Origin: an uncultured Actinomycetes bacterium
Lineage (GTDB): Bacteria > Actinomycetota > Actinomycetes > S36-B12 > CAIYMF01
Assembly (NCBI GenBank): GCA_963843975.1
Contig: CAWJMG010000003.1
Span: 1,500,001 to 1,532,000, forward strand
Length of the DNA stretch: 32,000 nucleotides
Direction: 5' to 3'
Shown: one piece after another, positions 25,342 through 32,000 of the stretch
How the letters are laid out: each line of letters opens with the position of its first letter
Position numbering within the stretch: the first letter of the stretch is position 1
The notes under the pieces: model-generated
Told to the model about the DNA's origin: nothing
Seen by the model: the letters and a program-made list of their open reading frames with translations, nothing else
The model's database searches: none
Made by a program: the position numbers and the translations under genes

Positions 25342-26193
25342 TCAGGGCCATGGGTAGAACCCCTGCCCGGACTTCTTGCCGAGGTGGCCCTCGGCGACCA
25401 TGCGCCGGAGCAGCACCGGCGGCTCGAAGCGGTCGCCGTAGGTGCGGAAAAGGTTCTCGGCGATCGCCAGTCGCACGTCGAGACCGACGAGGTCCGTCAA
25501 ACGCAACGGCCCCATGGGATGTCGGTAGCCCAGTTCCATCGCCCGGTCGACATCCTCCACGCAGGCGACCCCTTCCTCGACCATGCGGATCGCCTCGAGC
25601 CCGAGCAGGACTCCGAGTCGCGACGACGCGAACCCGGGCCGGTCGCGGACGACGACCGCTTCCTTGCCCATGCGGTCGACGAGACGACGTGCGCCCGCGA
25701 CCGCGGCCTCCTCGGTCCTGTCGCCGACCACGATCTCCACGAGCGGGTTGGACCAGACGGGGTTGAAGAAGTGCATGCCCACGAGCTCGTCCGGGCGACT
25801 GAGGCCGTGAGCGATCTCGTCGATCGCGATGCTGCTGGTGTTGGTGGCGAGCAGGGCGGGGCGCAGGTCCTGAGCGGCCGACAGCACGTGCTGCTTGAGC
25901 TCCAGCGACTCGGGGACGGCCTCGACGAGCACGTGCGGCTCCCGAGCCACGACGTCGAGGCCCCCGACGACCAGCACACCGGCGTCGAGGGTCGACGCCT
26001 GCGCGGGGTCGAGGAGGCCGCGCTCCAGCGCGCCGTCGCGCAACTGCACCATCCTGGCGCGTGCCGTGGCGTGCCGGGTTTCGTCGACCTCCACGACCCA
26101 GACCCTGTAGCCGGCGGCCCAGAGCACGTATGCGATGCCCACGCCCATCGTGCCGCCTCCGACCACGACGGCCTGCTCCGTCCTCACGGTCAT
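25342..26193 (-). CDS. 3-hydroxyacyl-CoA (3-hydroxybutyryl-CoA) dehydrogenase
   Basis: 283 aa from ATG 26193. It has the Rossmann motif VVVGGGTMGVGIA plus ATNTSS, HFFNPV and MGPLRLTDLVGLD motifs. Its ATG overlaps the crotonase stop (ATGA at 26190-26193). The listed 611-aa ORF is an out-of-frame upstream extension. Confidence 0.9.
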   Translation of the reverse strand: MTVRTEQAVVVGGGTMGVGIAYVLWAAGYRVWVVEVDETRHATARARMVQLRDGALERGLLDPAQASTLDAGVLVVGGLDVVAREPHVLVEAVPESLELKQHVLSAAQDLRPALLATNTSSIAIDEIAHGLSRPDELVGMHFFNPVWSNPLVEIVVGDRTEEAAVAGARRLVDRMGKEAVVVRDRPGFASSRLGVLLGLEAIRMVEEGVACVEDVDRAMELGYRHPMGPLRLTDLVGLDVRLAIAENLFRTYGDRFEPPVLLRRMVAEGHLGKKSGQGFYPWP

Positions 26194-26984
26194 CGGAAGC
26201 GGGTGAAGTCGGGAGCGACCTTGTTGTTGAAGGCAGTCACGCCCTCGTTGGCCTCGTCGGACTTGACGAAGATGCCGAGGCCGTCGAAGGCCATGGCGGA
26301 GATCCCAGCTATGGACTCGGAGTCCGCATTGAAGGAGTGCTTGACCACCTTCAGCGCGGTCGGGCTGAGCGCGAGCATCTCGTCGGCCCAGCGGCGCACC
26401 TCGGCGTGCAGCTGCTCGAACGGGACGACGGCGTTGACTAGGCCCCAGTCCATCATCGTTCTCGCGTCGTACCGCCGGCACAGGTACCAGATCTCCCTTG
26501 CTCGTCGCGTTCCGACCAGACGAGCCAGGTACGCCGTGCCGAAGCCGGCGTCGTACGAGCCGACGCGCGGCCCGGCCTGGCCGAAGACTGCGTGCTCGGC
26601 CGCGATGCTCAGGTCGCAGACGACATGGAGTACCTGTCCGCCTCCGATGGCGTACCCGTTCACCGCGGCGATCACCGGCTTCGGGATGTCGCGGATGAGC
26701 CGCTGGAGGTACTCGTCCTGGAAGATGCCGTACTCGCTGGGGCCGTAGTCGCCGCTCTCCATCCGCTGCTTCTGGTCGCCGCCCACGCAGAAGGCACGCT
26801 CGCCGGCACCGGTGAGCGCGACGACCCCGACGGAAGGGTCGCCCCACGCCGTCTTGAAACAGTGGATCAGCTCGTCGATCGTCTGCGAGCGGAAGGCGTT
26901 GAGCCGGTCGGGGCGATTGATGGTGATCCAGGCGAGGCCTCGGTCGACCTTGTAGAGGACGTCCTCGAGAACGCGATCGCTCAT
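26190..26984 (-). CDS. Crotonase-superfamily enzyme of the MenB/BadI type (naphthoate synthase / 2-ketocyclohexanecarboxyl-CoA hydrolase-like)
   Basis: 264 aa from ATG 26984, with GAAGGAG 9 nt upstream. RPDRLNAF, FCVGGDQK, NGYAIGGG, GPRVGSYDAGFGTAYLARLVG, REIWYLCRRYDA and EGVTAFNNKVAPDF closely follow the MenB-family pattern. Confidence 0.85.
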   Translation of the reverse strand: MSDRVLEDVLYKVDRGLAWITINRPDRLNAFRSQTIDELIHCFKTAWGDPSVGVVALTGAGERAFCVGGDQKQRMESGDYGPSEYGIFQDEYLQRLIRDIPKPVIAAVNGYAIGGGQVLHVVCDLSIAAEHAVFGQAGPRVGSYDAGFGTAYLARLVGTRRAREIWYLCRRYDARTMMDWGLVNAVVPFEQLHAEVRRWADEMLALSPTALKVVKHSFNADSESIAGISAMAFDGLGIFVKSDEANEGVTAFNNKVAPDFTRFR

Positions 26985-27114
26985 GGCGGCTGGCTCCTTC
27001 ATCACGGGCGGGGATCGTTGACCGTCGCGCGTGCGCACGCCGGGGGCAGCAGGGTGCGGTCGGTGTGAGCCCACGCGGTCTTCCGCCATGGCGCCTCGGC
27101 AGGTCTCGCTCCGA

Positions 27115-27120
27115 TAACAT
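27115..27120 (+). promoter_or_regulatory. Candidate -10 hexamer TAACAT positioned for a leaderless transcript of the TrmB regulator
   Basis: This TANNNT-type hexamer ends 7 nt before GTG 27128. There is no Shine-Dalgarno sequence upstream of that start and no convincing -35 element. Confidence 0.3.
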
Positions 27121-27127
27121 CCCCGTC

Positions 27128-28006
27128 GTGGAACCGGACGCCGTCGCGATCGACACCCTCACCGCGCTCGGCCTCACGCAGTACGAGGCGCGGACCTACG
27201 TCGGGCTGGTCGGCCGCTACGGCCAGACCGCGTACGCGCTGTCCAAGGTGACGCGAGTGCCCCAGCCGAAGATCTACGAGGCCTTGCGCAAGCTGATCGA
27301 CCGCGGTGCGGTGGCGCTGGTGGGAACCGACCCGCAGCGCTTCGCCGCAGTCCCGCCGGAGACGCTCCTCGGGCGCCTGCGCTCCGAGTTCGCCGAGCGC
27401 GCGGACGCCGCGGAGCGCGAGCTCGCGCGGAGCATGCAGTCCTCGACGGGGGCCGACGTGTGGCCCTCCGTGCAGCTCGGGCTCACGGGACGCGATGCGC
27501 TCCTGGTCTCGGCACGCCAGATGCTCGCCGGAGCAGGCTCGAAGGTGTACCTGTCGGCATGGGGGGCGGAGCTGACCGACCTCATGCCGGCTCTCGTCGC
27601 TGCCGAGGAGCGCGGGGCCACCATCGTCCTGCTCGTCTTCGGACGGCAGAAGGTGTCCCTGCGGGACGCCCACGTCTTCCGCCACGGGACGACGTCGAAG
27701 ATGGTCTACCCCAACCACCAGAACCGGCACCTCGCCCTGGTGTGCGACGGGGCGGACTCCCTCTGGGGCCTGTACTCCCCCGAAGAGGCCTGGAGCGGGC
27801 TCGTCTCGCAGGATCGGCGCATGGTCAGCCTCGTCCGCGGGTTCATCCGGCACGACATCTACGTGCAGAAGACCTACGAGCAGTTCGGCCCCGAGATGGA
27901 AGGGGTCTTCGGCTCGGGCATGGAGCTGCTCGCAGACGTGCTCACCGACCAGGTGCGTTCGAACGCGGCGGCGCGCGGCCGGGCAGTGCGCAGCAGCGCA
28001 CGCTGA
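27128..28006 (+). CDS. TrmB family transcriptional regulator
   Basis: The N-terminal winged HTH LTALGLTQYEARTYVGLVGRYGQTAYALSKVTRVPQPKIYEALRKLIDRGAV is typical of TrmB, followed by a C-terminal effector-like domain. It is the only plus-strand gene in the island. The start is uncertain (the listed GTG 27065 is in frame). Confidence 0.78.
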   Translation: MEPDAVAIDTLTALGLTQYEARTYVGLVGRYGQTAYALSKVTRVPQPKIYEALRKLIDRGAVALVGTDPQRFAAVPPETLLGRLRSEFAERADAAERELARSMQSSTGADVWPSVQLGLTGRDALLVSARQMLAGAGSKVYLSAWGAELTDLMPALVAAEERGATIVLLVFGRQKVSLRDAHVFRHGTTSKMVYPNHQNRHLALVCDGADSLWGLYSPEEAWSGLVSQDRRMVSLVRGFIRHDIYVQKTYEQFGPEMEGVFGSGMELLADVLTDQVRSNAAARGRAVRSSAR

Positions 28007-28029
28007 GGTCCCCGAGCCCGCACGGCGCC

Positions 28030-29223
28030 TCATGTCGCCGACCTCGAGGCGAGGCGGTCCGCGTCGACGGGGCCGCATCCCAGCTCGAGGAGAACCTCAC
28101 GGGTGTGCTGTCCCAGCACAGGCGGAGGGGTGCGGGACGTCGTCTTGCCGCCGTCGACCCAGAAGGGCGACCCCTGCAGCCGGACGGTACCGGCGACCGG
28201 GTGCTGCAGAGTCTGGATCATCTCGTTGTGCTGGATCTGGGGATCGTCGACGACCTGCTGGTAGTCGAGGACCTGCCCCGCCGGGATGGCTGCCCGCTCG
28301 AACGTCGCGAGCCAGTGCGCGGTGCTCTTCTGCCCGAGGGCCACGTCGACGCGGCTCCGCAGCTCGGCTGCGTGGCGCACTCTGGACTCGTTGTCCGCGT
28401 AACGGGGATCGTCCAGGAGGTCGTCGAGGCCTAGCGTCCGGCAGAAGATCTCCCAGTGCTTGCCGTTCACGACCGCCAGGACGATCGTGCCGTCGGCCGT
28501 CTCGAACACGTCCGTCGGGGCCGTGAACGGTGACGCCGAGCCGAGCCGTCCGGGCTGCTCCCCGGTGGCGAGGAAGCTCGTGAACCAGCAGGCCTGCAGG
28601 GCGAGGAACGCGTCGCGGAGCGACACGTCGATCCGGCGTCCACGGCCCGACACCGATCGCCCGACGAGGGCGGCGTTGATGCACGCGGCCGCGGTCGTGG
28701 CGGCGTACACGTCCGCGGCGTTGGTGCCCACCTTCGCCGCGGGCCCGTCCGGCGATCCGGTGATCGCCATAATCCCGGACTCGGCCTGGAACAGCAGGTC
28801 GATGCCGGGTCGTCGCGCCATCGGGCCGGTGGGGCCGAACCCCGAGATCGCGCAGTAGACAAGACCTGGACTGCTGTCCGCGAGGTCGTCGTAGCCCAGC
28901 CCCAGTCGCTCGACCACGCCGGTACGGAAGTTGTGCACGAGAACGTCGGAGCGCAAGGCCAGGGCACGGACCCACGAGCGCGCCTCAGGGTCCTTGAGGT
29001 CGACCCGGACGCTGCGTTTCCCACGGTTCACCGACAGGAAGAACGCGCTCTCGCCACCGTCGACGAAGGGTGCGAACTGCCTGGCCATATCCCCTTCGGG
29101 CGGCTCGACCTTGACCACGTCGGCGCCGAGGTCGGCCAGGAGCATCCCGCAGTAGGGCGCGGCCACGAGCGCCCCCAGCTCCAGCACCCGGATCCCCTCG
29201 AGCGGGCGCGGCGACGTGGTCAC
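28030..29223 (-). CDS. Family III CoA-transferase (CaiB/BaiF family)
   Basis: 397 aa from GTG 29223. GIRVLELGALVAAPYCGMLLADLGADVVKVEPPEGD is the family N-terminal signature, with VLVHNFR and YCAISGFG downstream. Its start overlaps the thiolase stop (GTGA at 29220-29223). Confidence 0.88.
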   Translation of the reverse strand: MTTSPRPLEGIRVLELGALVAAPYCGMLLADLGADVVKVEPPEGDMARQFAPFVDGGESAFFLSVNRGKRSVRVDLKDPEARSWVRALALRSDVLVHNFRTGVVERLGLGYDDLADSSPGLVYCAISGFGPTGPMARRPGIDLLFQAESGIMAITGSPDGPAAKVGTNAADVYAATTAAACINAALVGRSVSGRGRRIDVSLRDAFLALQACWFTSFLATGEQPGRLGSASPFTAPTDVFETADGTIVLAVVNGKHWEIFCRTLGLDDLLDDPRYADNESRVRHAAELRSRVDVALGQKSTAHWLATFERAAIPAGQVLDYQQVVDDPQIQHNEMIQTLQHPVAGTVRLQGSPFWVDGGKTTSRTPPPVLGQHTREVLLELGCGPVDADRLASRSAT

Positions 29224-30411
29224 GGGCGCTCCAGCATCAGGGAGACGCCCTGGCCGACTCCTACGCACAGCGTGGCCATGCCGCGACGCGCTCCGGATGC
29301 CTCGAGCCGTCGGGCCAGCGTGATGGCGAGGCGCGCCCCCGAGCAGCCCAGAGGGTGCCCGACTGCGATGGCGCCGCCCCACGCATTCACCCGCCCGGGG
29401 TCGATCCCGAGGCGGGTGGTGCAGGCCAGGACCTGGGGCGCGAAGGCCTCGTTGATCTCGACCACGTCCACGTCGTCGATCGACAGGTCGAGTCGCTGGA
29501 GCAGCCGCTCGGTGGCGGGCACCGGACCGAGGCCCATGAGCGACGGCGGGACACCTGCGCTAGCGGCTCCGACGACGCGCGCCAGCGGCGTGAGGCCGTG
29601 CCGCCGGACTGCCTCGTCCGACGCGAGGAGCACGACCGCAGCACCATCGGAGAGCGGGGACGACGAGCCCGCCGTCACGATGCCGTCGGCCAGGAACGAG
29701 GGTCGGAGCGTCGCGAGCTTCTCCAGCGAGGAGTCGCGGCGGGGGCCCTCGTCGATCGCGACGGCGCCGTCCATCGTCGTCACCTCGAGGATGTCCGGCG
29801 CGAGGAGCCCGGCGTCGATGGCGGCGATGGCCCGCCGGTGGGACTCGACGGCGAGCGCGTCGGACTGCTCGCGCGTGATGCCGTCCAGCCGGGCCACGCG
29901 CTCCGCCGTCTCGCCGAGGGAGATCGTGGCGCTGCCGCCGTCGAGATCACGCATGCGGGGGTTGACGAACCGCCAGCCGAGCGCGCTGTCATGGGTCTCG
30001 GTGGGCCTGGACCAGGCAGTGCTGGGGCGGGCGGTGACCCAGGGCGCACGGGTCATCGACTCGACGCCGCCGGCGATCACGATGCCGGCCTCGCCCGCGC
30101 GGATCTGCTGGGCCGCCGAGGCCACCGCCGTGAGGCCCGAGGCGCACAGCCGGTTCACCGTGTAGCCGGGCACCTCCGCCGGGAGGCCCGCGAGGAGCGA
30201 CGCCATGCGGGCGACGTTCCGGTTGTCCTCGCCCGCCTGGTTTGCGCAGCCCAGCACGACCTCGTCGACGGCATCCGGTCCGATCCCGGCCCGGGCGACG
30301 AGCCTCCGCGATGACCAGGGCGGCGAGATCGTCGGGACGAACACCGGCGAGCCCTCCGCCCAGCCGTCCGATCGGCGTCCGCACACCGAGGACGAGATGG
30401 ACCTCGGTCAT
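29220..30411 (-). pseudogene. Thiolase (acetyl-CoA C-acyltransferase, PaaJ/PcaF/FadA-like), interrupted by an apparent 1-nt insertion at about 30303
   Basis: The first 36 codons read in the frame of ORF 29989..30411 (MTEVHLVLGVRTPIGRLGGGLAGVRPDDLAALVIAE). The rest reads in the frame of ORF 29220..30386 (LVARAGIGPDAVDEVVLGCANQAGEDNRNVARMA..., NRLCASGL, GVESM, NEAFA, GHPLGCSGARL, CVGVGQG). Removing one base gives a continuous 396-aa thiolase. Confidence 0.82.
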
Positions 30412-30487
30412 GACGCGGCACCCGCGAGGAGGGGCTCGACGATGGGCCCACCTGCGGGCCCCTCGTGATCGACCGCTCCCCCAGGTG

Positions 30488-31531
30488 TCACACGCCCACC
30501 CGGATCTGGCGCGGCAGGTCCGGCATGCGGAACTCCGGGATCACCTCACTGCTGAAGAGCTTCATCGAGGCCAACAGCTGGTGCAGCGGCATGCCCGGGA
30601 AGTGCATGCGGCAGACGAGGTGATCGAGACCGAAAGCGTCGTCGAGGTCACGGATCTCCGCGATCACCTGCTCGGGGCTGCCGATGATGAAACGGCCCGC
30701 GGCGAGGGAGGCGAAGTCCGAGGCTTCCCCCTGCCACAGGCCCCAGTCGGCGTAGCGCTGGAACTGACGCGCCAGCATCGGAGCCACCTCTGCGGCGGCG
30801 TCGGCGCTGTGCGAGACGTAGACGTCCCGGATGAGCACGCGCGGCGTGCGACGGCCCTGCCGGGGCGCCGCCGCGTCGTAGGCGGCCCAGTGCGCGCCCA
30901 GTGCGCTGTTCTCCGAGACCGCCCCCAGGACCATGGGGAGTCCGAGCTCCGCAGCGATGTCGCGCCCGGGCTGCCAGAACCCGCCGATCCACAGTGGGAG
31001 CTCGAACTGGGCGGGCTTCGGCGTGACCGTCACGGTCCCCGACACGTTCTCGACGTGCCCCTCGAGCTGGGCCGGGATCGTCCAGTGGCTGCCGTGGAAG
31101 GAGAAGGGGCGGGAGGCCCACGCCCGGGTGAGCACGTCGAGGGACTCGACGTAGCGCTCGTGGTACTCCTGCTCGCCCAGGCCGTGGGCTGCCAGCTCGT
31201 GGGCGACGGCGTTCACCGGCGCGATGATCGCCCGGCCTCCCGACAGGTTGTCGAGGACCGCCGCGTCCTCCGCGACGTAGAGGGGGTGGGTCAGGCCGAG
31301 CACGGGCAGCACGCCGATCCTGATGGAGTCGGTCTTCGCTGCGAGATTGGCCGCCGCGATGAACGACGACGGGCAGTAGCCGTCGTCGGTGAAGCCGCGC
31401 TCGGCCACCCAGGCGGACTCGAAGCCCCAGCTCTCCGCAGCTCTGACGGCCTCCCCCATGAGCTCGTAGGCCTCGGTCCAGCCGATGCCCTCGTGCTTCT
31501 CGGCCGCGAAGGGGCCCAGTCCGAACCGCAT
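30488..31531 (-). CDS. Luciferase-like monooxygenase (LLM) family oxidoreductase, 'B-type' subunit, copy 2
   Basis: 347 aa. ATG 31531 lies 1 nt after the upstream stop, with AGGAAGG upstream. It aligns along its length with 23139..24161: MRFGLGP, WGFES/DS.WV.ER.FT, RIG..P.LGL, YVAE, TIP..LE.H, V.PKPAQ.E.P.W, VIPEFRM..LP..IR. Confidence 0.88.
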   Translation of the reverse strand: MRFGLGPFAAEKHEGIGWTEAYELMGEAVRAAESWGFESAWVAERGFTDDGYCPSSFIAAANLAAKTDSIRIGVLPVLGLTHPLYVAEDAAVLDNLSGGRAIIAPVNAVAHELAAHGLGEQEYHERYVESLDVLTRAWASRPFSFHGSHWTIPAQLEGHVENVSGTVTVTPKPAQFELPLWIGGFWQPGRDIAAELGLPMVLGAVSENSALGAHWAAYDAAAPRQGRRTPRVLIRDVYVSHSADAAAEVAPMLARQFQRYADWGLWQGEASDFASLAAGRFIIGSPEQVIAEIRDLDDAFGLDHLVCRMHFPGMPLHQLLASMKLFSSEVIPEFRMPDLPRQIRVGV

Positions 31532-31532
31532 G

Positions 31533-32000
31533 TCACGCCTTCCTGGGAGTGGTGGACAGTGCCGGCATCACTTCGGTCGCCAGGAGCTCCATGGCCCTGT
31601 GCAGCTGCGGCTGGGTCTGCGAGATCAGGTGGCTCCGGGCGATCACGAAGTCCACCCCGACCGACTCGAGGTCCTTCAGCCGACGGATGACCGTCTCCGG
31701 CGTCCCGACGGCGGCGTTGTTGCGCACGACGCCCTCCGCGGCGCGGCGCAGCGCGTCAGGCTGCTCGAACCCCAGCGAGTTCCCGTTCTCGTCGGAGAGG
31801 TAGCGCCAGCCGCCGAGCTGCTCCATGAGGAACGACTTCAGCCGTGGCATGACCACGGTCTCGGCAGCGGCCGCCGACTCGTCGACCCAGACATAGCGCA
31901 GGATGCCGATACGGGCCTTGCTGTCGTCGACCCCGTGCTCGGCCGCAGTGCTGCGGTACAGCTCGACGAGCTGGCCTGCGCGACGGTCGTCGTGGGCGTC
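31533..32000 (-). CDS. Luciferase-like monooxygenase (LLM) family oxidoreductase, 'A-type' subunit, copy 2; 5' end lies outside the window
   Basis: The reading frame stays open to position 32000. The listed ORF starts at an internal Met (31856). The C-terminal region ...ELYRSTAAEHG...RLKSFLMEQLGGWRYLSDENGNSLGFEQP...LELLATEV.P parallels LLM-A1 (...ELYRTSQEEFG...LRFLLREQLGGWRYLVDDEGEPVGFDRP...LELLATEVIP). Confidence 0.85.
   Translation of the reverse strand, partial: DAHDDRRAGQLVELYRSTAAEHGVDDSKARIGILRYVWVDESAAAAETVVMPRLKSFLMEQLGGWRYLSDENGNSLGFEQPDALRRAAEGVVRNNAAVGTPETVIRRLKDLESVGVDFVIARSHLISQTQPQLHRAMELLATEVMPALSTTPRKA

Noticed and set aside
23917-26748. A 943-aa plus-strand ORF, plus similar plus-strand ORFs at 11127-12812, 14644-15732, 20014-21390 and 30242-31690.
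   Set aside because: They lie antisense to several motif-supported genes, have low-complexity Arg/Asp/Gly/Pro-rich composition and no recognisable domains.
27029-27040. The 12-bp perfect palindrome GCGTGCGCACGC as an operator for TrmB.
   Set aside because: It consists almost entirely of G and C, so short palindromes like this are expected by chance in such GC-rich DNA. It has no flanking AT-rich context or repeated copy.
25342-27177. The 611-aa ORF could be read as a fused FadB-like enoyl-CoA hydratase / 3-hydroxyacyl-CoA dehydrogenase.
   Set aside because: Only the C-terminal 283 aa look like protein (Rossmann motif onward). The upstream 328 aa are Arg/Pro/Gly-rich shadow sequence. The real crotonase is in another frame (26190-26984) and ends in an ATGA overlap with the dehydrogenase start at 26193.
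13972-30306. Programmed +1 ribosomal frameshifting, prompted by SD-like GGAGG/GGAG sequences at all three shift sites as in prfB.
   Set aside because: There is no slow or stop codon in the A site. The P-site GAG codon cannot re-pair in the +1 frame at two of the sites, and the SD-like element has no spacing from the shift point. Three unrelated genes needing the same recoding is implausible, so a simple 1-nt insertion explains the data better.
23282-30952. A purely motif-driven basecalling artefact (methylated GAGCTC) as the full explanation for the frameshifts.
   Set aside because: Not adopted as the sole explanation. Intact CGAGCTCCGC occurs at 23282-23291 and 30943-30952, and many other GAGCTC sites (for example 2752-2757 and 2802-2807) are undisturbed. 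It remains one testable hypothesis only.
1-32000. A search for CRISPR arrays, tandem DNA repeats, IS or transposon ends, integrases, tRNA or rRNA genes, and toxin-antitoxin or other defence modules.
   Set aside because: I saw no spaced direct repeats, terminal inverted repeats with a transposase, cloverleaf-like segments or defence-type domains. The only repeats are protein-level ones: the HTH modules, the LLM paralogues and the permease paralogues.

Overview
Very GC-rich, actinobacterial-type chromosomal DNA that is almost entirely coding. I support about 33 genes and found no rRNA, tRNA, CRISPR array, transposase or integrase. All product calls rest on motifs read by eye, because no BLAST or HMM search was possible.

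Positions 1-10.7 kb are mostly plus-strand genes:
- an S9 peptidase fragment, an MscS-family channel and an SDR/DUF2867 protein;
- a group II truncated haemoglobin overlapping a GH13 alpha-glucosidase through an ATGA junction, followed by an MFS transporter;
- a 7-TM double PQ-loop membrane protein divergent from a LacI regulator, with a palindromic operator candidate between them;
- a divergent pair of unknown proteins.

From 10.7 kb to the window end nearly everything is on the minus strand, tightly packed and often translationally coupled:
- cupin, Zn-alcohol dehydrogenase and PPOX-like genes;
- a protein made of six tandem XRE helix-turn-helix modules;
- a small lipoprotein, a double EthD protein, YciI and VOC genes;
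- a CUT2-type ABC importer;
- a CoA-thioester island (21.8 kb to beyond 32 kb) holding a PaaK-like ligase, two paralogous luciferase-like monooxygenase (LLM) pairs, a 3-hydroxyacyl-CoA dehydrogenase, a MenB/BadI-like crotonase, a plus-strand TrmB regulator, a family III CoA-transferase and a thiolase.

Most notable observations:
1. The island looks like an uncharacterised ring or alicyclic acid degradation pathway.
2. The duplicated LLM pairs look like heterodimer subunits.
3. The six-HTH regulator has an unusual architecture.
4. Three genes (the HTH protein, the ligase and the thiolase) each carry an apparent single extra base. Each extra base sits inside what would otherwise be a GAG-CTC codon pair, and two of the sites share an identical 9-mer. 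These are either real pseudogenes or assembly indels.
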